From assembly GCA_963711565.1 (NCBI GenBank), contig CAVQEQ010000004.1, forward strand, positions 1,504,001 through 1,568,000: 64,000 nucleotides of DNA, read 5' to 3'. Under the pieces are notes generated by a model. It did not search any database and was not told the origin of the DNA. It worked only from the letters and a program-made list of their open reading frames with translations. Both the position numbers and the translations under genes were made by a program. The DNA is from an uncultured delta proteobacterium (GTDB taxonomy: Bacteria; Desulfobacterota; Binatia; Binatales; Binataceae). The stretch's first letter is position 1; the number at the start of each line of letters is the position of its first letter. Of the stretch, positions 1 through 11,084 are shown one piece after another.

Positions 1-606
1 AGTACACCTGTCTTCGCGATTGGGATACTACACCTCGATTCGCGTGACGCGCTCAAGCGCGCGATCAAAAGAGCGCGGCGTAAATCGCTCGGTCGCAGTG
101 CCCAATCCAACGAAATGAAGTGGTCGCAGAGCAGCGCCCGCGTCAGGATGGCGGTCATCGGCCAGATCGTCCGCGAAGCATCCCAGATCGCTGGAGTTTC
201 GGCCTGTGTGATCGATAAGCAATGGATTAACAGGTCGTTCGCGAAGCGACGGGAGGAAGTGCGATACAATTACGCAGTTAGATTCGCGCTTGAGAAAGGA
301 GGTCTGTTCGCCGCAGGCGCGAAGGGTCGAAGGATTCATCTCGCGATAGACGCCAGGAATCGTCGCGCGACTGACACCTTGACCGAGTACGTCGAGCTTC
401 TAATGACCAACAACGAATTGCCCTGCACCGTCGTAGTAAGTTCGGACGATTCGGCCCGGAGGCCTCAGCTTCAAGCAGCCGACTTCGTCATTGGATCGAT
501 TTATTCAGCATACGCTCACGGGGAATGGCGCTATTTGAACGCGCTTAGAGATGGCGGGATACAGGTCCAACTGCGGATACTGAAAAAGAAAGCGCCAGCT
601 CCCTGA
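1..606 (+). CDS. DUF3800-family protein (5' partial, frame open from window start)
   Basis: Frame 1 is open from base 1 (STPVFAIGILHLD...EMKWS) and ends with QLQAADFVIG, the E-x-K and QxAD motifs typical of DUF3800. Confidence 0.7.
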   Translation, partial: STPVFAIGILHLDSRDALKRAIKRARRKSLGRSAQSNEMKWSQSSARVRMAVIGQIVREASQIAGVSACVIDKQWINRSFAKRREEVRYNYAVRFALEKGGLFAAGAKGRRIHLAIDARNRRATDTLTEYVELLMTNNELPCTVVVSSDDSARRPQLQAADFVIGSIYSAYAHGEWRYLNALRDGGIQVQLRILKKKAPAP

Positions 607-670
607 GGCCTCTTTGAGTGCCCGAATCCACGGGCGAGGTGACTCAGGACTTACGCTGGCTGATCGGAGT
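594..670 (+). ncRNA. candidate structured RNA at the 3' end of the DUF3800 gene
   Basis: Nested stems GCCAGC594/GCTGGC655, CCTGAG602/CTCAGG643, CCTC609/GAGG636, GCCCG620/CGGGC631; DUF3800 genes are known to carry 3' RNA motifs. Confidence 0.55.
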
Positions 671-818
671 GTAGCCTACAATTGAAATTATAGATATATC
701 CCAACCAAACCACGCTGCCGCGCGAGAGCGTTTGATCGATGCGCTCAACGAGACTCGACCTAGACACTTTCGCGCCGATTGAAAACTGTTCGCGTTTCGT
801 TCTCCTGAACTTTCTGAC

Positions 819-834
819 CGTTTCACGTGAAACG
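819..834. promoter_or_regulatory. parS: parS centromere-like site (ParB binding)
   Basis: Perfect palindrome CGTTTCACGTGAAACG matching consensus TGTTTCACGTGAAACA. Confidence 0.85.
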
Positions 835-983
835 TTCGCGTCGAATAGCCCAACCGCCACAACGATTATTCGGACTTTCGACGAAATTCTCTGCACCATT
901 TGCACGTCGCGCGATGCTTCTGCGATGTGGATCCTCAAAAAGAGTCCGTTCCGGCTCGCCTTTTCCTTCTCCTGAACCAAAAA

Positions 984-999
984 CGTTTCACGTGAAACG
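984..999. promoter_or_regulatory. parS: parS centromere-like site (ParB binding)
   Basis: CGTTTCACGTGAAACG inside 20-bp palindrome AACGTTTCACGTGAAACGTT (982-1001). Confidence 0.85.
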
Positions 1000-1130
1000 T
1001 TCGCGTCTGAAACGTCAGCAAACACAACGGTTATTCGCGATTTCGATCCAAATCGCTGCGCCATCTTGATGGGTGCGCACTGGCCGTGCGATGCTCGCGA
1101 CGATACCGACATCCGCAAGGAGCGAACGAC

Positions 1131-1901
1131 ATGGCCGAGGAAGTTCTCAAAGTCACACGCCAGCCGAACTACGCGGTTCTGACCCTGAACCGTCCTGAAA
1201 AACGCAACGCGCTCAATCAGCCGCTGATCGACGCGCTCGACCAGGCGCTCCGCAAGTTCGAAAACGATCGCGAAGTCCGCGCGCTGCTCCTGCGCGGCGA
1301 GGGCGCGAGCTTCTGTGCGGGGATCGATCTCAAAGAAGTGGATGAGACGACCGGCGGCCACAACCCGACTTCGCTCGAATCCGTGTTTGGGCGGCTGGAG
1401 CGGTTTCCCGTGCCGACCATCGCGGCCGTGCAAGGCGCCGCGCTCGCTGGAGGCCTCGAGCTGGCGCTCCATTGCGATCTTCGAATCGCGTCGGACAATG
1501 CGAAGCTCGGCATGACGCTCGGGCGCGTCGGCCTGATGGTGCCGTACGACTTCACGCGCAAGCTGATCGAGGTCTGCGGCTCGGCCAACACTGCCTGGAT
1601 TCTCTACACCGCCGACCTGCTCGACGCCGAGCGCGGCCGCCACATGAACATCGTTCACAACGTCGTCGCCGACGCGAAGCTCGCCGAGGCCACGACCGCG
1701 CTGGCCGAGAAGATCGCAGCCAACGCCCCACTCTCACTGCGCGCGATGAAGGCGACGGTCCGCCGATGCATGAGCGAGACGTTCGATGCATGGCACGACG
1801 ACATGCTCCAGATGGCGCGCTCGGTCCGCGAGAGCAGCGACGCCAAGGAAGGCGTCCGCGCCTTCCTGGAAAAGCGCAAACCCGTCTGGAAGGCGCAGTA
1901 G
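1131..1901 (+). CDS. enoyl-CoA hydratase/isomerase (crotonase) family
   Basis: LNRPEKRNAL, FCAGIDLK, GGLELALHCD, EGVRAFLEKRKP motifs; RBS AAGGAG before ATG1131. Confidence 0.93.
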   Translation: MAEEVLKVTRQPNYAVLTLNRPEKRNALNQPLIDALDQALRKFENDREVRALLLRGEGASFCAGIDLKEVDETTGGHNPTSLESVFGRLERFPVPTIAAVQGAALAGGLELALHCDLRIASDNAKLGMTLGRVGLMVPYDFTRKLIEVCGSANTAWILYTADLLDAERGRHMNIVHNVVADAKLAEATTALAEKIAANAPLSLRAMKATVRRCMSETFDAWHDDMLQMARSVRESSDAKEGVRAFLEKRKPVWKAQ

Positions 1902-1952
1902 CTTCTCTGATGAAAGTAGGACGGAATTTATTCCGTCAAGCAGCGCCCGCAA

Positions 1953-2989
1953 TCACTCCGAGTGACGCCCCAGCGCGTTCCGAATCGCGGCCGCAGTCTG
2001 CAGCAACGTGCTCGGCAGGTTCAGCGTCCCCGCGACATTTGAGTATGGATACAGCCGCGCATTGATATGCGCGTGCAGCGGCAATCCCTCGCCCTGATGA
2101 ATTTCATAGTCGAGCGGCAGCGGCCCGAGGATCATCAGTATCCGATAGATCGCATTGGCGAACTGCCGCATCTGCTCCGGCGTCAGCTCCGATACCAGTC
2201 CACGAAAGTCCGGCATCACCACATCGTAACTGCGCGGGAACAAACCAATCGGGCTCGCATAGCTGACGATCGAGTCACCGCGATCGATCACCAGCCCGAG
2301 CCGCTCCATCAGCGCGACCAGCTCGTGCCACAGATGAGGATTCTCACGCTCGGCGCGCGCCTCCGCGAGCACCACCGGAAACGGCTCCGGCGATCCGATG
2401 ATCTGTTGATGCAGATGCGGCTGCGACGCGCCCGACTCGCGCCCTGGTTCTTGCGAATCACGACCGAGCAAACATCGGGATTCCCCAACGCTAGCCGCAT
2501 CACACGCGCATCGGCTTGCATCAGATGCAGGAAATGTGCGCCGCCCAGCGCGCCGGTGAAAATCAAATCGGCGGACGATCGCGGCGCATCGATAAAGTGC
2601 CGCGGGTCTTCGATCACGATGTACGACTCGTTGCGATTGCCGGTAAGCTCTGCGGGAATCCGCGGGAAGAGGTTGTTGATCACGCGCACCACCCACGGCG
2701 CTCTATCGTCCGTCTTCGTGCCGCTCCATTCGCGGATTTCCTCGCGCGTCATCCGAAACAGCTCGCGCGTCGTCATGCTCTCGTTGCCCGGACAGAACGG
2801 ACACGCCTCGGTCGCGTGACGAATCGCCTCGGGCGTCAACTGCGCGGCCTCGGGATCGACGCTCTCGCGCCCGCTGAGCGTGAATGCGAAGCTCTTGCCG
2901 CGAACATCGACAACGTATGAAATCACGCCGGTGATCGGATTCTTGATCCAGACCAGGGCGCCATCGCGAATTTCACATTCTATCGGCAT
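1953..2989 (-). pseudogene. galactose-1-phosphate uridylyltransferase (GalT/HIT)-like gene, frameshifted near 2440
   Basis: CPFCPGNE and VRVINNLFP are in one frame; RESGASQPHLHQQ (HxH active-site motif) is in another; one base is missing at CAG GGC GC GAG. Confidence 0.7.
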
Positions 2990-3198
2990 CGGAACGTGAT
3001 CACCTTTAACAATTGCCGCGACGCCATTACAACGTCGCCTCGAAACCGGCGCGAACGGCGCGTCACCTTGACTCTGCCCATCGGCTCCGTTATCCCAAGT
3101 GGTGAGGACGGGGACCCGGCAAAGCCGGGACAAATCGGGGTCTGGCGATCCGCATCCGCGGGTACCAGCCTTTTTTTTGGTTTTTTCAGTAGTCAGAA

Positions 3199-4353
3199 AT
3201 GCCACAGATGAAAAAATATCTTTTCACTCCCGGGCCGGCGCCGGTGCCGCCCGAGGTCTTGCTCGAAATGGCGCGTCCGATCATTCATCATCGCACGCCC
3301 GAGTTCAGTGCCGCGCTCGACCAGGCGCGCGATCGGATGAAGCCGCTTTACGGCACCACGTCGGGCGAAGTGATTCTGCTCTCGTCAACCGGCACCGGCG
3401 CGATGGAAGCGGCGGTGATCAATCTGCTGCAAGCCGGCGAGCATGCAATCTACGTCAACGGCGGCAAGTTCGGCGAGCGATGGGGCAAGCTGCTCTCGAC
3501 CTTCGGCATGATCGGGCACGAGGTGCGCGTCGAATGGGGTCGCGCCGCACGGCCGGGGCAAATCGAGGATGCGTTCAAGGCGTATCCCGAGTCGCGCGCC
3601 GTGCTGGTGCAGGCCAGCGAGACTTCGACGTGCGCAATCCATCCCGTCGCGCCGATTGGCGAGATCACTCGCAAGAGCGGCGCGATGCTGATCGTCGATG
3701 GGATCACGTCGGTCGGCGTGTTCGAGCAGAAGATGGACGAATGGGGCGTTGACGCGTTCGTCACCGGCAGCCAGAAAGCGCTGATGCTGCCGCCGGGTCT
3801 CGGAATGGTCGCGCTGTCGGCACGCGCCATCGACGTCGCGAAGACCAGCAAGACGCCGCGCTTCTATTTCGACTTGCTCAAAGAGTTGAAGGCGCAGCGC
3901 GACGAGCATACCACCGCATGGACGGCGGCCGTGTCGCTGATCTTCGGACTCAACAAATCACTCGAACTGATTCACGCCGAAGGCCTGCCGCAGGTCTATG
4001 CGCGGCACGCGCTGATGGCCGAGGCAACTCGCGACGCCGCCACGGATCTGGGATTGAAACTTATCGCGCCCGACAATCCCGCTCCCGGCGTCACCGGTAT
4101 CCTCGTTCCTGAAGGTCTCGACGGCGGCAAGCTGGTCAAGTTCCTGCGCGACAATCTTGGAGTGTCGGTGCAAGGCGGGCAGGATCAGATGAAGGGCAAG
4201 CTCGTGCGCATCGGGCACATGGGTCACTTGAGTCCGTTCGATACGCTGATCGCGGTGAGCGCGCTCGAGCTCGGACTCAAACATATTGGCGCAAACATTC
4301 AACTTGGCGCCGGCGTTGCCGCCGTTCAGGCGCGCCTGGCACGGAGCATCTAA
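3199..4353 (+). CDS. class V PLP aminotransferase (alanine-glyoxylate/serine-pyruvate type), likely in serine synthesis
   Basis: FTPGP, HHRT, ETST, GSQKALMLPPGL motifs; directly upstream of serA. Confidence 0.9.
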   Translation: MPQMKKYLFTPGPAPVPPEVLLEMARPIIHHRTPEFSAALDQARDRMKPLYGTTSGEVILLSSTGTGAMEAAVINLLQAGEHAIYVNGGKFGERWGKLLSTFGMIGHEVRVEWGRAARPGQIEDAFKAYPESRAVLVQASETSTCAIHPVAPIGEITRKSGAMLIVDGITSVGVFEQKMDEWGVDAFVTGSQKALMLPPGLGMVALSARAIDVAKTSKTPRFYFDLLKELKAQRDEHTTAWTAAVSLIFGLNKSLELIHAEGLPQVYARHALMAEATRDAATDLGLKLIAPDNPAPGVTGILVPEGLDGGKLVKFLRDNLGVSVQGGQDQMKGKLVRIGHMGHLSPFDTLIAVSALELGLKHIGANIQLGAGVAAVQARLARSI

Positions 4354-4359
4354 AATAAC

Positions 4360-5955
4360 ATGGCGGAAACTTTCCGCGTCCTTCTAAGCGACTCGCTAGC
4401 GGCGCAGGGGATCGAAGTTCTCAAGCGCTTCCCGCAGTTACAGTTCGACGTCAAAACCGGCCTCAAGCCCGAGGAGCTGGCGAAAATAATCGCGCCCTAC
4501 GACGCGCTGCTGATTCGCAGCGGCACTCGCGTCACGCGCGAAGTGATCGACGCCGCCACTTCGCTCAAAGTGATCGGACGCGCCGGCGTTGGCGTCGACA
4601 ACGTCGATATCGAAGCGGCGACGCGCCGCGGAATTGTCGTGATGAACAGCCCGACGGGCAACAGCGTTACGACCGCCGAGCACGCGGTCACGATGATGAT
4701 GGCGCTGGCGCGGCATATCCCGGCGGCGGACGCGTCGATCCACGCCGGCAAATGGGAGCGCGGCAAATTCACCGGCACCGAGGTCTGCAACAAGACGCTC
4801 GGCGTCGTCGGCCTCGGTAACATCGGACGTATCGTCGCCGACCGCGGTCTTGGGCTGAGGATGAAAGTGATCGGCTACGATCCGATCCTGACGGCTGACG
4901 CCGCCGGGCGCATCGGCGTCGAGCTGGTCAGTCTCGACGAGCTTTTTGCGCGCGCCGACTTCATCACGGTACACACTCCGTTGACCAACGACACGAAGGG
5001 CATTGTCGGCGCGGCAGCGTTCGCGAAGATGAAGAAGGGAGTGCGAATCATCAACTGCGCGCGCGGCGGCATCGTCGATGAAGCCGCGCTCGCCGACGCG
5101 CTGAAGTCCGGCAAGGTCGCCGGCGCCGCGCTGGACGTGTTCGTCGAGGAGCCGCCGCCGGCCAACCATCCGCTGCTCCATCTCGACTCCGTGATCGCAA
5201 CGCCGCACCTCGGCGCCGCCACCGACGAAGCGCAAGTCCAGGTCTCGGTCGATATCGCGCATCAGGTCGCCGAGTTCCTGATCGACGGCACGATTCGGCA
5301 GGCGGTGAACATCCCGGCGCTGTCCACCAAGGAGCTCGAAATACTTGGACCGCATCTCACGCTCGGCGAGAAGCTGGGCCGGCTAGCCGCGCAACTGATC
5401 ACCGACGCGCCGACGGAGTTGACGCTTGCGTTCGGCGGCGAAGCGGCGAATCTCAAGCCCGACGCGATCACCGCCGCAGTTCTGAAGGGCTTGATGAGCG
5501 GCTTTCTCGACGAGGATTTGAATTACGTCAACGCGCCGTTCATCGCGCGCGAGCGCGGCATCAGCATTATCGAGACGCGCTCGCGCGAAGTCACAGACTA
5601 CGTCAATACCTTGACGCTCACGGTTCGTACCGGCGCCGGCGAGCATGAAGTCTCCGGGGCAGTGCTGGGAAATCGCGCGCTGCGCCTGACGCGGATCGAC
5701 GGCTACCGCGTCGAGTCGGTGCCCGAGGGCTACTTCCTGATGCTGCACAATCGCGACGTGCCCGGCGTGGTGGGCGCGGTGGGCACGATGCTCGGGCAGG
5801 CTGGAGTCAATATTGGCGGACTGGAGCTCGGCCGCGATCGCGTGGGAGGAACCGCGCTCAGCATTTTCGAAGTGGACGAGCCGGTGCCAAGCACCGTCCT
5901 CGACAAGCTCAAGACGATTCCCGCGATTACGGCGGCGTCGCTGCTCAAGCTCTGA
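4360..5955 (+). CDS. serA: D-3-phosphoglycerate dehydrogenase
   Basis: GRAGVGVDNVD, GLGNIG, INCARGG, TPHLGA and C-terminal ACT domain. Confidence 0.96.
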   Translation: MAETFRVLLSDSLAAQGIEVLKRFPQLQFDVKTGLKPEELAKIIAPYDALLIRSGTRVTREVIDAATSLKVIGRAGVGVDNVDIEAATRRGIVVMNSPTGNSVTTAEHAVTMMMALARHIPAADASIHAGKWERGKFTGTEVCNKTLGVVGLGNIGRIVADRGLGLRMKVIGYDPILTADAAGRIGVELVSLDELFARADFITVHTPLTNDTKGIVGAAAFAKMKKGVRIINCARGGIVDEAALADALKSGKVAGAALDVFVEEPPPANHPLLHLDSVIATPHLGAATDEAQVQVSVDIAHQVAEFLIDGTIRQAVNIPALSTKELEILGPHLTLGEKLGRLAAQLITDAPTELTLAFGGEAANLKPDAITAAVLKGLMSGFLDEDLNYVNAPFIARERGISIIETRSREVTDYVNTLTLTVRTGAGEHEVSGAVLGNRALRLTRIDGYRVESVPEGYFLMLHNRDVPGVVGAVGTMLGQAGVNIGGLELGRDRVGGTALSIFEVDEPVPSTVLDKLKTIPAITAASLLKL

Positions 5956-6037
5956 ATTTAATTTTGGCGCGCGAACATTTTCAGCCCGACAGGTGCGCGC
6001 GGAGATCGGCGAAACTGACGCCGGCCGGGGGAGAGAC

Positions 6038-7333
<1,296 letters not shown>

Positions 7334-7340
7334 CGCATCG

Positions 7341-7568
7341 CTAGCCGTTCAGCAGTTTGACGAATTCCTCGACCGTCATTCCTGCTTTTCGGATCAGGCT
7401 GCGAAGAAGACCGGGACCGAGTTCTCGATGTAGTGGAACCGCGAGGACTACTACCGCGCCAGATTTCGTCATCGTCACGTGGCTTCCCTTGCGCGACGCT
7501 CGCAACCAGCTCGAACGTTCAAAAGCCCGGATTGCGTCGGCTCCAGAGCATACTGGCAATCTAGCCAT
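7341..7568 (-). CDS. hicA: HicA-family mRNA interferase toxin
   Basis: 75 aa; RKGSH and VPLHREL...GLLRSLIRKAG. Confidence 0.88.
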   Translation of the reverse strand: MARLPVCSGADAIRAFERSSWLRASRKGSHVTMTKSGAVVVLAVPLHRELGPGLLRSLIRKAGMTVEEFVKLLNG

Positions 7569-7650
7569 CGATTCCTCGGAGCTATTTTGAAGCGATTTTC
7601 GGGAAGGCGACTAGAGGGGAATTAAATTCCCCCTACTGGCATCCAGGAAA

Positions 7651-7866
7651 TTAACCCGTTGAGGTCTTTATTTCGACTTCGGCGACCTCAATTTGCGTCG
7701 GGATCCCATACTGTCGCCGCGTTTCCAAGCTCGCTTCGATAGCCTCTCTGATATTCGCGAGAGCTTCGGCTTCGGTGCGGCCTTGCGACAGACAACCAGG
7801 AAGGGCCGGGCACTCGACGACGATAAATCCGTCCTCATCGCGTTCGAGCGTCACCAGGAACTTCAT
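7651..7866 (-). CDS. hicB: HicB-family antitoxin (short, no DNA-binding domain)
   Basis: EDGFIVVECPALPGCLSQGRTEAEALANIREAI. Confidence 0.88.
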   Translation of the reverse strand: MKFLVTLERDEDGFIVVECPALPGCLSQGRTEAEALANIREAIEASLETRRQYGIPTQIEVAEVEIKTSTG

Positions 7867-7912
7867 GATTTCACTCTAGCACACGGAATCCCGCAACGGA
7901 TCTCCGCGCGCC

Positions 7913-9103
7913 CTACCCCGCGCAGACTGCGGCGAGGCTTGAGAGCGCGACGCCGCGGCGGCCCAGTCGCACGTCATTGCGATCGAAGCCGTTGGTTGTG
8001 TAGCCGAGCGAAATTCCCGTTGCCGGATCGGCCCATCCGATCTGGCCGCCGGCGCCGCCGTGACCGAATGCCAACGCCGAGTTGGTTTTGCCGAAGCCGC
8101 GATAATTCGCCATGCCGTCGCCGCCGGCTACAACGACACCCAGCGCGCGGTTCACCTTGACGCCGAAAATCGGATCTTTGTAATCGCCGGAGCGCACGCG
8201 CAGAGCGTCCTTGAGCGCCTCGGGTTTGATAATCGGTGCGCCGTTGACGCCGCGATTGTGCAGCAGACCCTGGTAGAACAGCGCGAGATCGCCCGCCGTC
8301 ATCACACCGCCGCCGCCCGGCACGCCGGCTTCCAGAACATTGGGCCGGTTGAAGCCCAGGATCGCGTCTTCGGTAACTTCGGTCTCGGGTATCGCGGGCA
8401 GGCCGAGTTTCTTTCGCTCTTCATCGGATAGCGCCTCGCCGACGTAGCAAAGCTGCGCATGTCGATTTTGAAATTCGCGCGGCAAACCGACGCGCAGTTC
8501 GGGCAGTCCGAGCGGCGTCGAAATCCGGTCGTACACGAACTTGCGAAACTCCGTGCCCGTGCGGCGCTCGATTATTTCCGCGATTACCCAGAAGCCGGAG
8601 GTCGGATGATATTCGAACTTGCTGCCGACCGGCCATTCGAGCCGCCACTTCGCGAATCGCTCGAGCCGCTTGCTCTTGTCGAGCCACTCGTCCTGCGGAT
8701 ACGGGGCGTTCGGAAATCCGCCGACGTGCAGCAGCACCTGCTCGACGGTCATTTTGTCCTTGCCGTTGGTGCCGAACTCGGGGATGATTTCCGCAACCAC
8801 CTCGCTCGGCTTAAGCTTGCCTTCGCCGATCAGAATCCACGACGCCGCCGACATGATCGCCTTGGTGCACGAGAAGATCGTGTAGAGCGTCTCGTTGGTC
8901 GCAGGCTTTTCGCTTCCGCCCTGGACTGCGCGGCCGACTGTGCGCATCGCGCCGATTTTTCCGTTGCGCGCAATTGCGATTTGCGTCGAAGGCAGCAACC
9001 CATCTTTGACTTCGCGCTCGGCGCGGTTGAACAGCGCTTCGACCTTGGCGGGATCGAGACCTACATCACGTGGACTATCGGCAAAATGATTCAGTGTCGG
9101 CAT
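7913..9103 (-). CDS. serine hydrolase, beta-lactamase/esterase family
   Basis: FSCTK (SxxK), LLHVGG, FEYHP, FGHGGAGG. Confidence 0.88.
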   Translation of the reverse strand: MPTLNHFADSPRDVGLDPAKVEALFNRAEREVKDGLLPSTQIAIARNGKIGAMRTVGRAVQGGSEKPATNETLYTIFSCTKAIMSAASWILIGEGKLKPSEVVAEIIPEFGTNGKDKMTVEQVLLHVGGFPNAPYPQDEWLDKSKRLERFAKWRLEWPVGSKFEYHPTSGFWVIAEIIERRTGTEFRKFVYDRISTPLGLPELRVGLPREFQNRHAQLCYVGEALSDEERKKLGLPAIPETEVTEDAILGFNRPNVLEAGVPGGGGVMTAGDLALFYQGLLHNRGVNGAPIIKPEALKDALRVRSGDYKDPIFGVKVNRALGVVVAGGDGMANYRGFGKTNSALAFGHGGAGGQIGWADPATGISLGYTTNGFDRNDVRLGRRGVALSSLAAVCAG

Positions 9104-9160
9104 TGCGGGAACCTCTGCGTCTGGATTGTTCTGGGGATATAACACACCCCCGCCGATTCG

Positions 9161-10075
9161 TCATTCGGTTGCCGCGCGAGCCGGACCCTGCGCCGAGATC
9201 CACCCCGCCCTGCCCGGCAACGTCGTCCGGATTACCTCGAATGCCGGCAGTTCTGCGCGATTCAACCGCCACGCGACCTCGCGCAGTTGCACGAAATTCG
9301 CGCCTCGCTCTTTGAGCGCACAGACCAATGCGGTGAAGCTTTCGAGCTGGCCCATCCCTTCGGTCTCGGCGTGAATCGTGTGCACGTTGAGCGCGTCGGG
9401 CTTGCACAAGCCGAGATAGAAATCGCGCACCGCATTGTCATCGCGCAATTCACGACGCCCCATCACCTCGTCAAGCGTCGGCAGTGTCGTTGGAATCTCG
9501 GGCGTCGCGAGGAGGCGTCCCTCGACGACGCATCGGTACGGCGCGACGCCTCGCGTGTCGCTGCGATAGTCGAGTCCCATCGCGTCGAGCGCGACCAGCG
9601 CGGCATTGTTGGTGCGCCAGCCGGGCGCCGCGAAACTCTTCGACGGCTCGCCGACAATCGCGCGGTATGCCTCGAACGCGTCGCCCAGTTCGTTGCGTAT
9701 CCCGCCATCGCCGATGTCATCCAGGTGATCCTGCCATCGCACGTGATCGTAACCATGCACGCCGACCTCGAAGCCGCGCGTTTTCAGATCGCGAATGACC
9801 CCGGGAAACGACAGCGCAATCGGTCGCGACGGCAGTATCGTGCCGGAGAGAATCGTGCGCGCGCCGTACATGGACACGGCCTTGGTGCGGAACATCTTCG
9901 ACAGGAATCCGCGATTGCGAAACACGCGCAGGATCGCGCGCCCGGAATTGTCCGGGCCCATCGTGATGTAGAAGCTGGCCGCGACGCCCTCGCGCTCGAG
10001 CATCGACGCCAGCCGCGGCACGCCCAGCTCGAGCCCCTGGTGGGTATCGACGTCGATCTTTAGTGCGACTTCCAA
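9161..10075 (-). CDS. arnD: polysaccharide deacetylase, ArnD-like deformylase
   Basis: LKIDVDT, GPDNSG, HGYDHVRWQD, APGW, TLPTLDE, HTIHAE; arn context. Confidence 0.8.
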   Translation of the reverse strand: MEVALKIDVDTHQGLELGVPRLASMLEREGVAASFYITMGPDNSGRAILRVFRNRGFLSKMFRTKAVSMYGARTILSGTILPSRPIALSFPGVIRDLKTRGFEVGVHGYDHVRWQDHLDDIGDGGIRNELGDAFEAYRAIVGEPSKSFAAPGWRTNNAALVALDAMGLDYRSDTRGVAPYRCVVEGRLLATPEIPTTLPTLDEVMGRRELRDDNAVRDFYLGLCKPDALNVHTIHAETEGMGQLESFTALVCALKERGANFVQLREVAWRLNRAELPAFEVIRTTLPGRAGWISAQGPARAATE

Positions 10076-10103
10076 GCGTAGTGAATGTGCGGGAGCGCCG
10101 CGC

Positions 10104-11069
10104 CTAAGACGCCAGCTCCTTGCGGAACCAGTCCATCGAGATTTTCACGCCGTCGCGCAGGTTCACTTTCGGCGTGACCTTCAGCAACGTGCGCATTTTC
10201 GTATTGTCGGGAACGCGGCGCGGGATGTCCTCGTAGCTGTTGCCGTACACTTCCTCCTGCGACACAAACTTGATTTTCGATTTGGTCGGCCCGAACAATT
10301 CGATCATCAACTTGGCGAACTCGAGCACCGTCGTCTCGACATCGACGCCGATATTAATCGCCTCGCCATCAGCCGCCGGATTCACTCCCGCCTGCACCGT
10401 CGCTTCGATCGCGTCGGTGACGTACGTGAAGCATCGCGTTTGCAGTCCGTCGCCGACCACGGTCAGGTCCGCGCCGCGCAGCAGTTGCCCCATGAAGATC
10501 GTAAACAGCCGGCCGACATCGACCTTGTCGAGCCGCGGACCGTACGCGTTGAAGTAGCGCACGATCGTAACCGGCATGCCGAGCTTGTGATACGCGAAAC
10601 AGAAATGCTCGCCAACCGCCTTCGAGGTCGAGTAGCACCAGCGGTCGATGCTGGTGGCGCCGAGCACGCGATCGTCGTCCTCGCGCCACGGCACCTTGGG
10701 GTTGCGCCCGTAGACCTCGGAGGTCGAGCTGAAGACCACGCGCTTGTTGTGCTTGTAGGCCGCCTTCAGCACGTTCTGCGTGCCGTTCACGTTTACGTTC
10801 AGCGTCTCGTAGGGATCGGCGACGTAGTGCTCGACGCCGACGACAGCCGCGAGATGGTAAAGCAGATCGACTTTCGACACGAGGCTGTCGATCAACTCGA
10901 GGTTGAAGACCGAATCGTGCACGTAGTGAAAGCGCGGATTGTTCAGGATGTGACGCACCTTGGCGATCGAGCCGGTGTCGAGCACGAAGACCTCGTCGCC
11001 GCGCGCGATGAACGCATCGGAGAGATGTGATCCGAGAAATCCGGCGCCGCCGGTTATAAGAACCCGCAT
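10104..11069 (-). CDS. NAD-dependent epimerase/UDP-glucuronate decarboxylase (ArnA C-terminal-like)
   Basis: GGAGFLGS, STSEVYG, RWCYSTSK (YxxxK). Confidence 0.85.
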   Translation of the reverse strand: MRVLITGGAGFLGSHLSDAFIARGDEVFVLDTGSIAKVRHILNNPRFHYVHDSVFNLELIDSLVSKVDLLYHLAAVVGVEHYVADPYETLNVNVNGTQNVLKAAYKHNKRVVFSSTSEVYGRNPKVPWREDDDRVLGATSIDRWCYSTSKAVGEHFCFAYHKLGMPVTIVRYFNAYGPRLDKVDVGRLFTIFMGQLLRGADLTVVGDGLQTRCFTYVTDAIEATVQAGVNPAADGEAINIGVDVETTVLEFAKLMIELFGPTKSKIKFVSQEEVYGNSYEDIPRRVPDNTKMRTLLKVTPKVNLRDGVKISMDWFRKELAS

Positions 11070-11084
11070 GTGACCTCCGCGAAA

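Noticed and set aside
3090-3170. Leader as a SAM-I or c-di-GMP riboswitch
   Set aside because: Only superficial word matches (TTATC...GGTGAGG, GGCAAA); the conserved core elements could not be placed
7614-7634. Palindrome GGGGAATT-A-AATTCCCC between hicB and hicA as a novel element
   Set aside because: Single short hairpin, adequately explained as an operator or attenuator of a common TA pair
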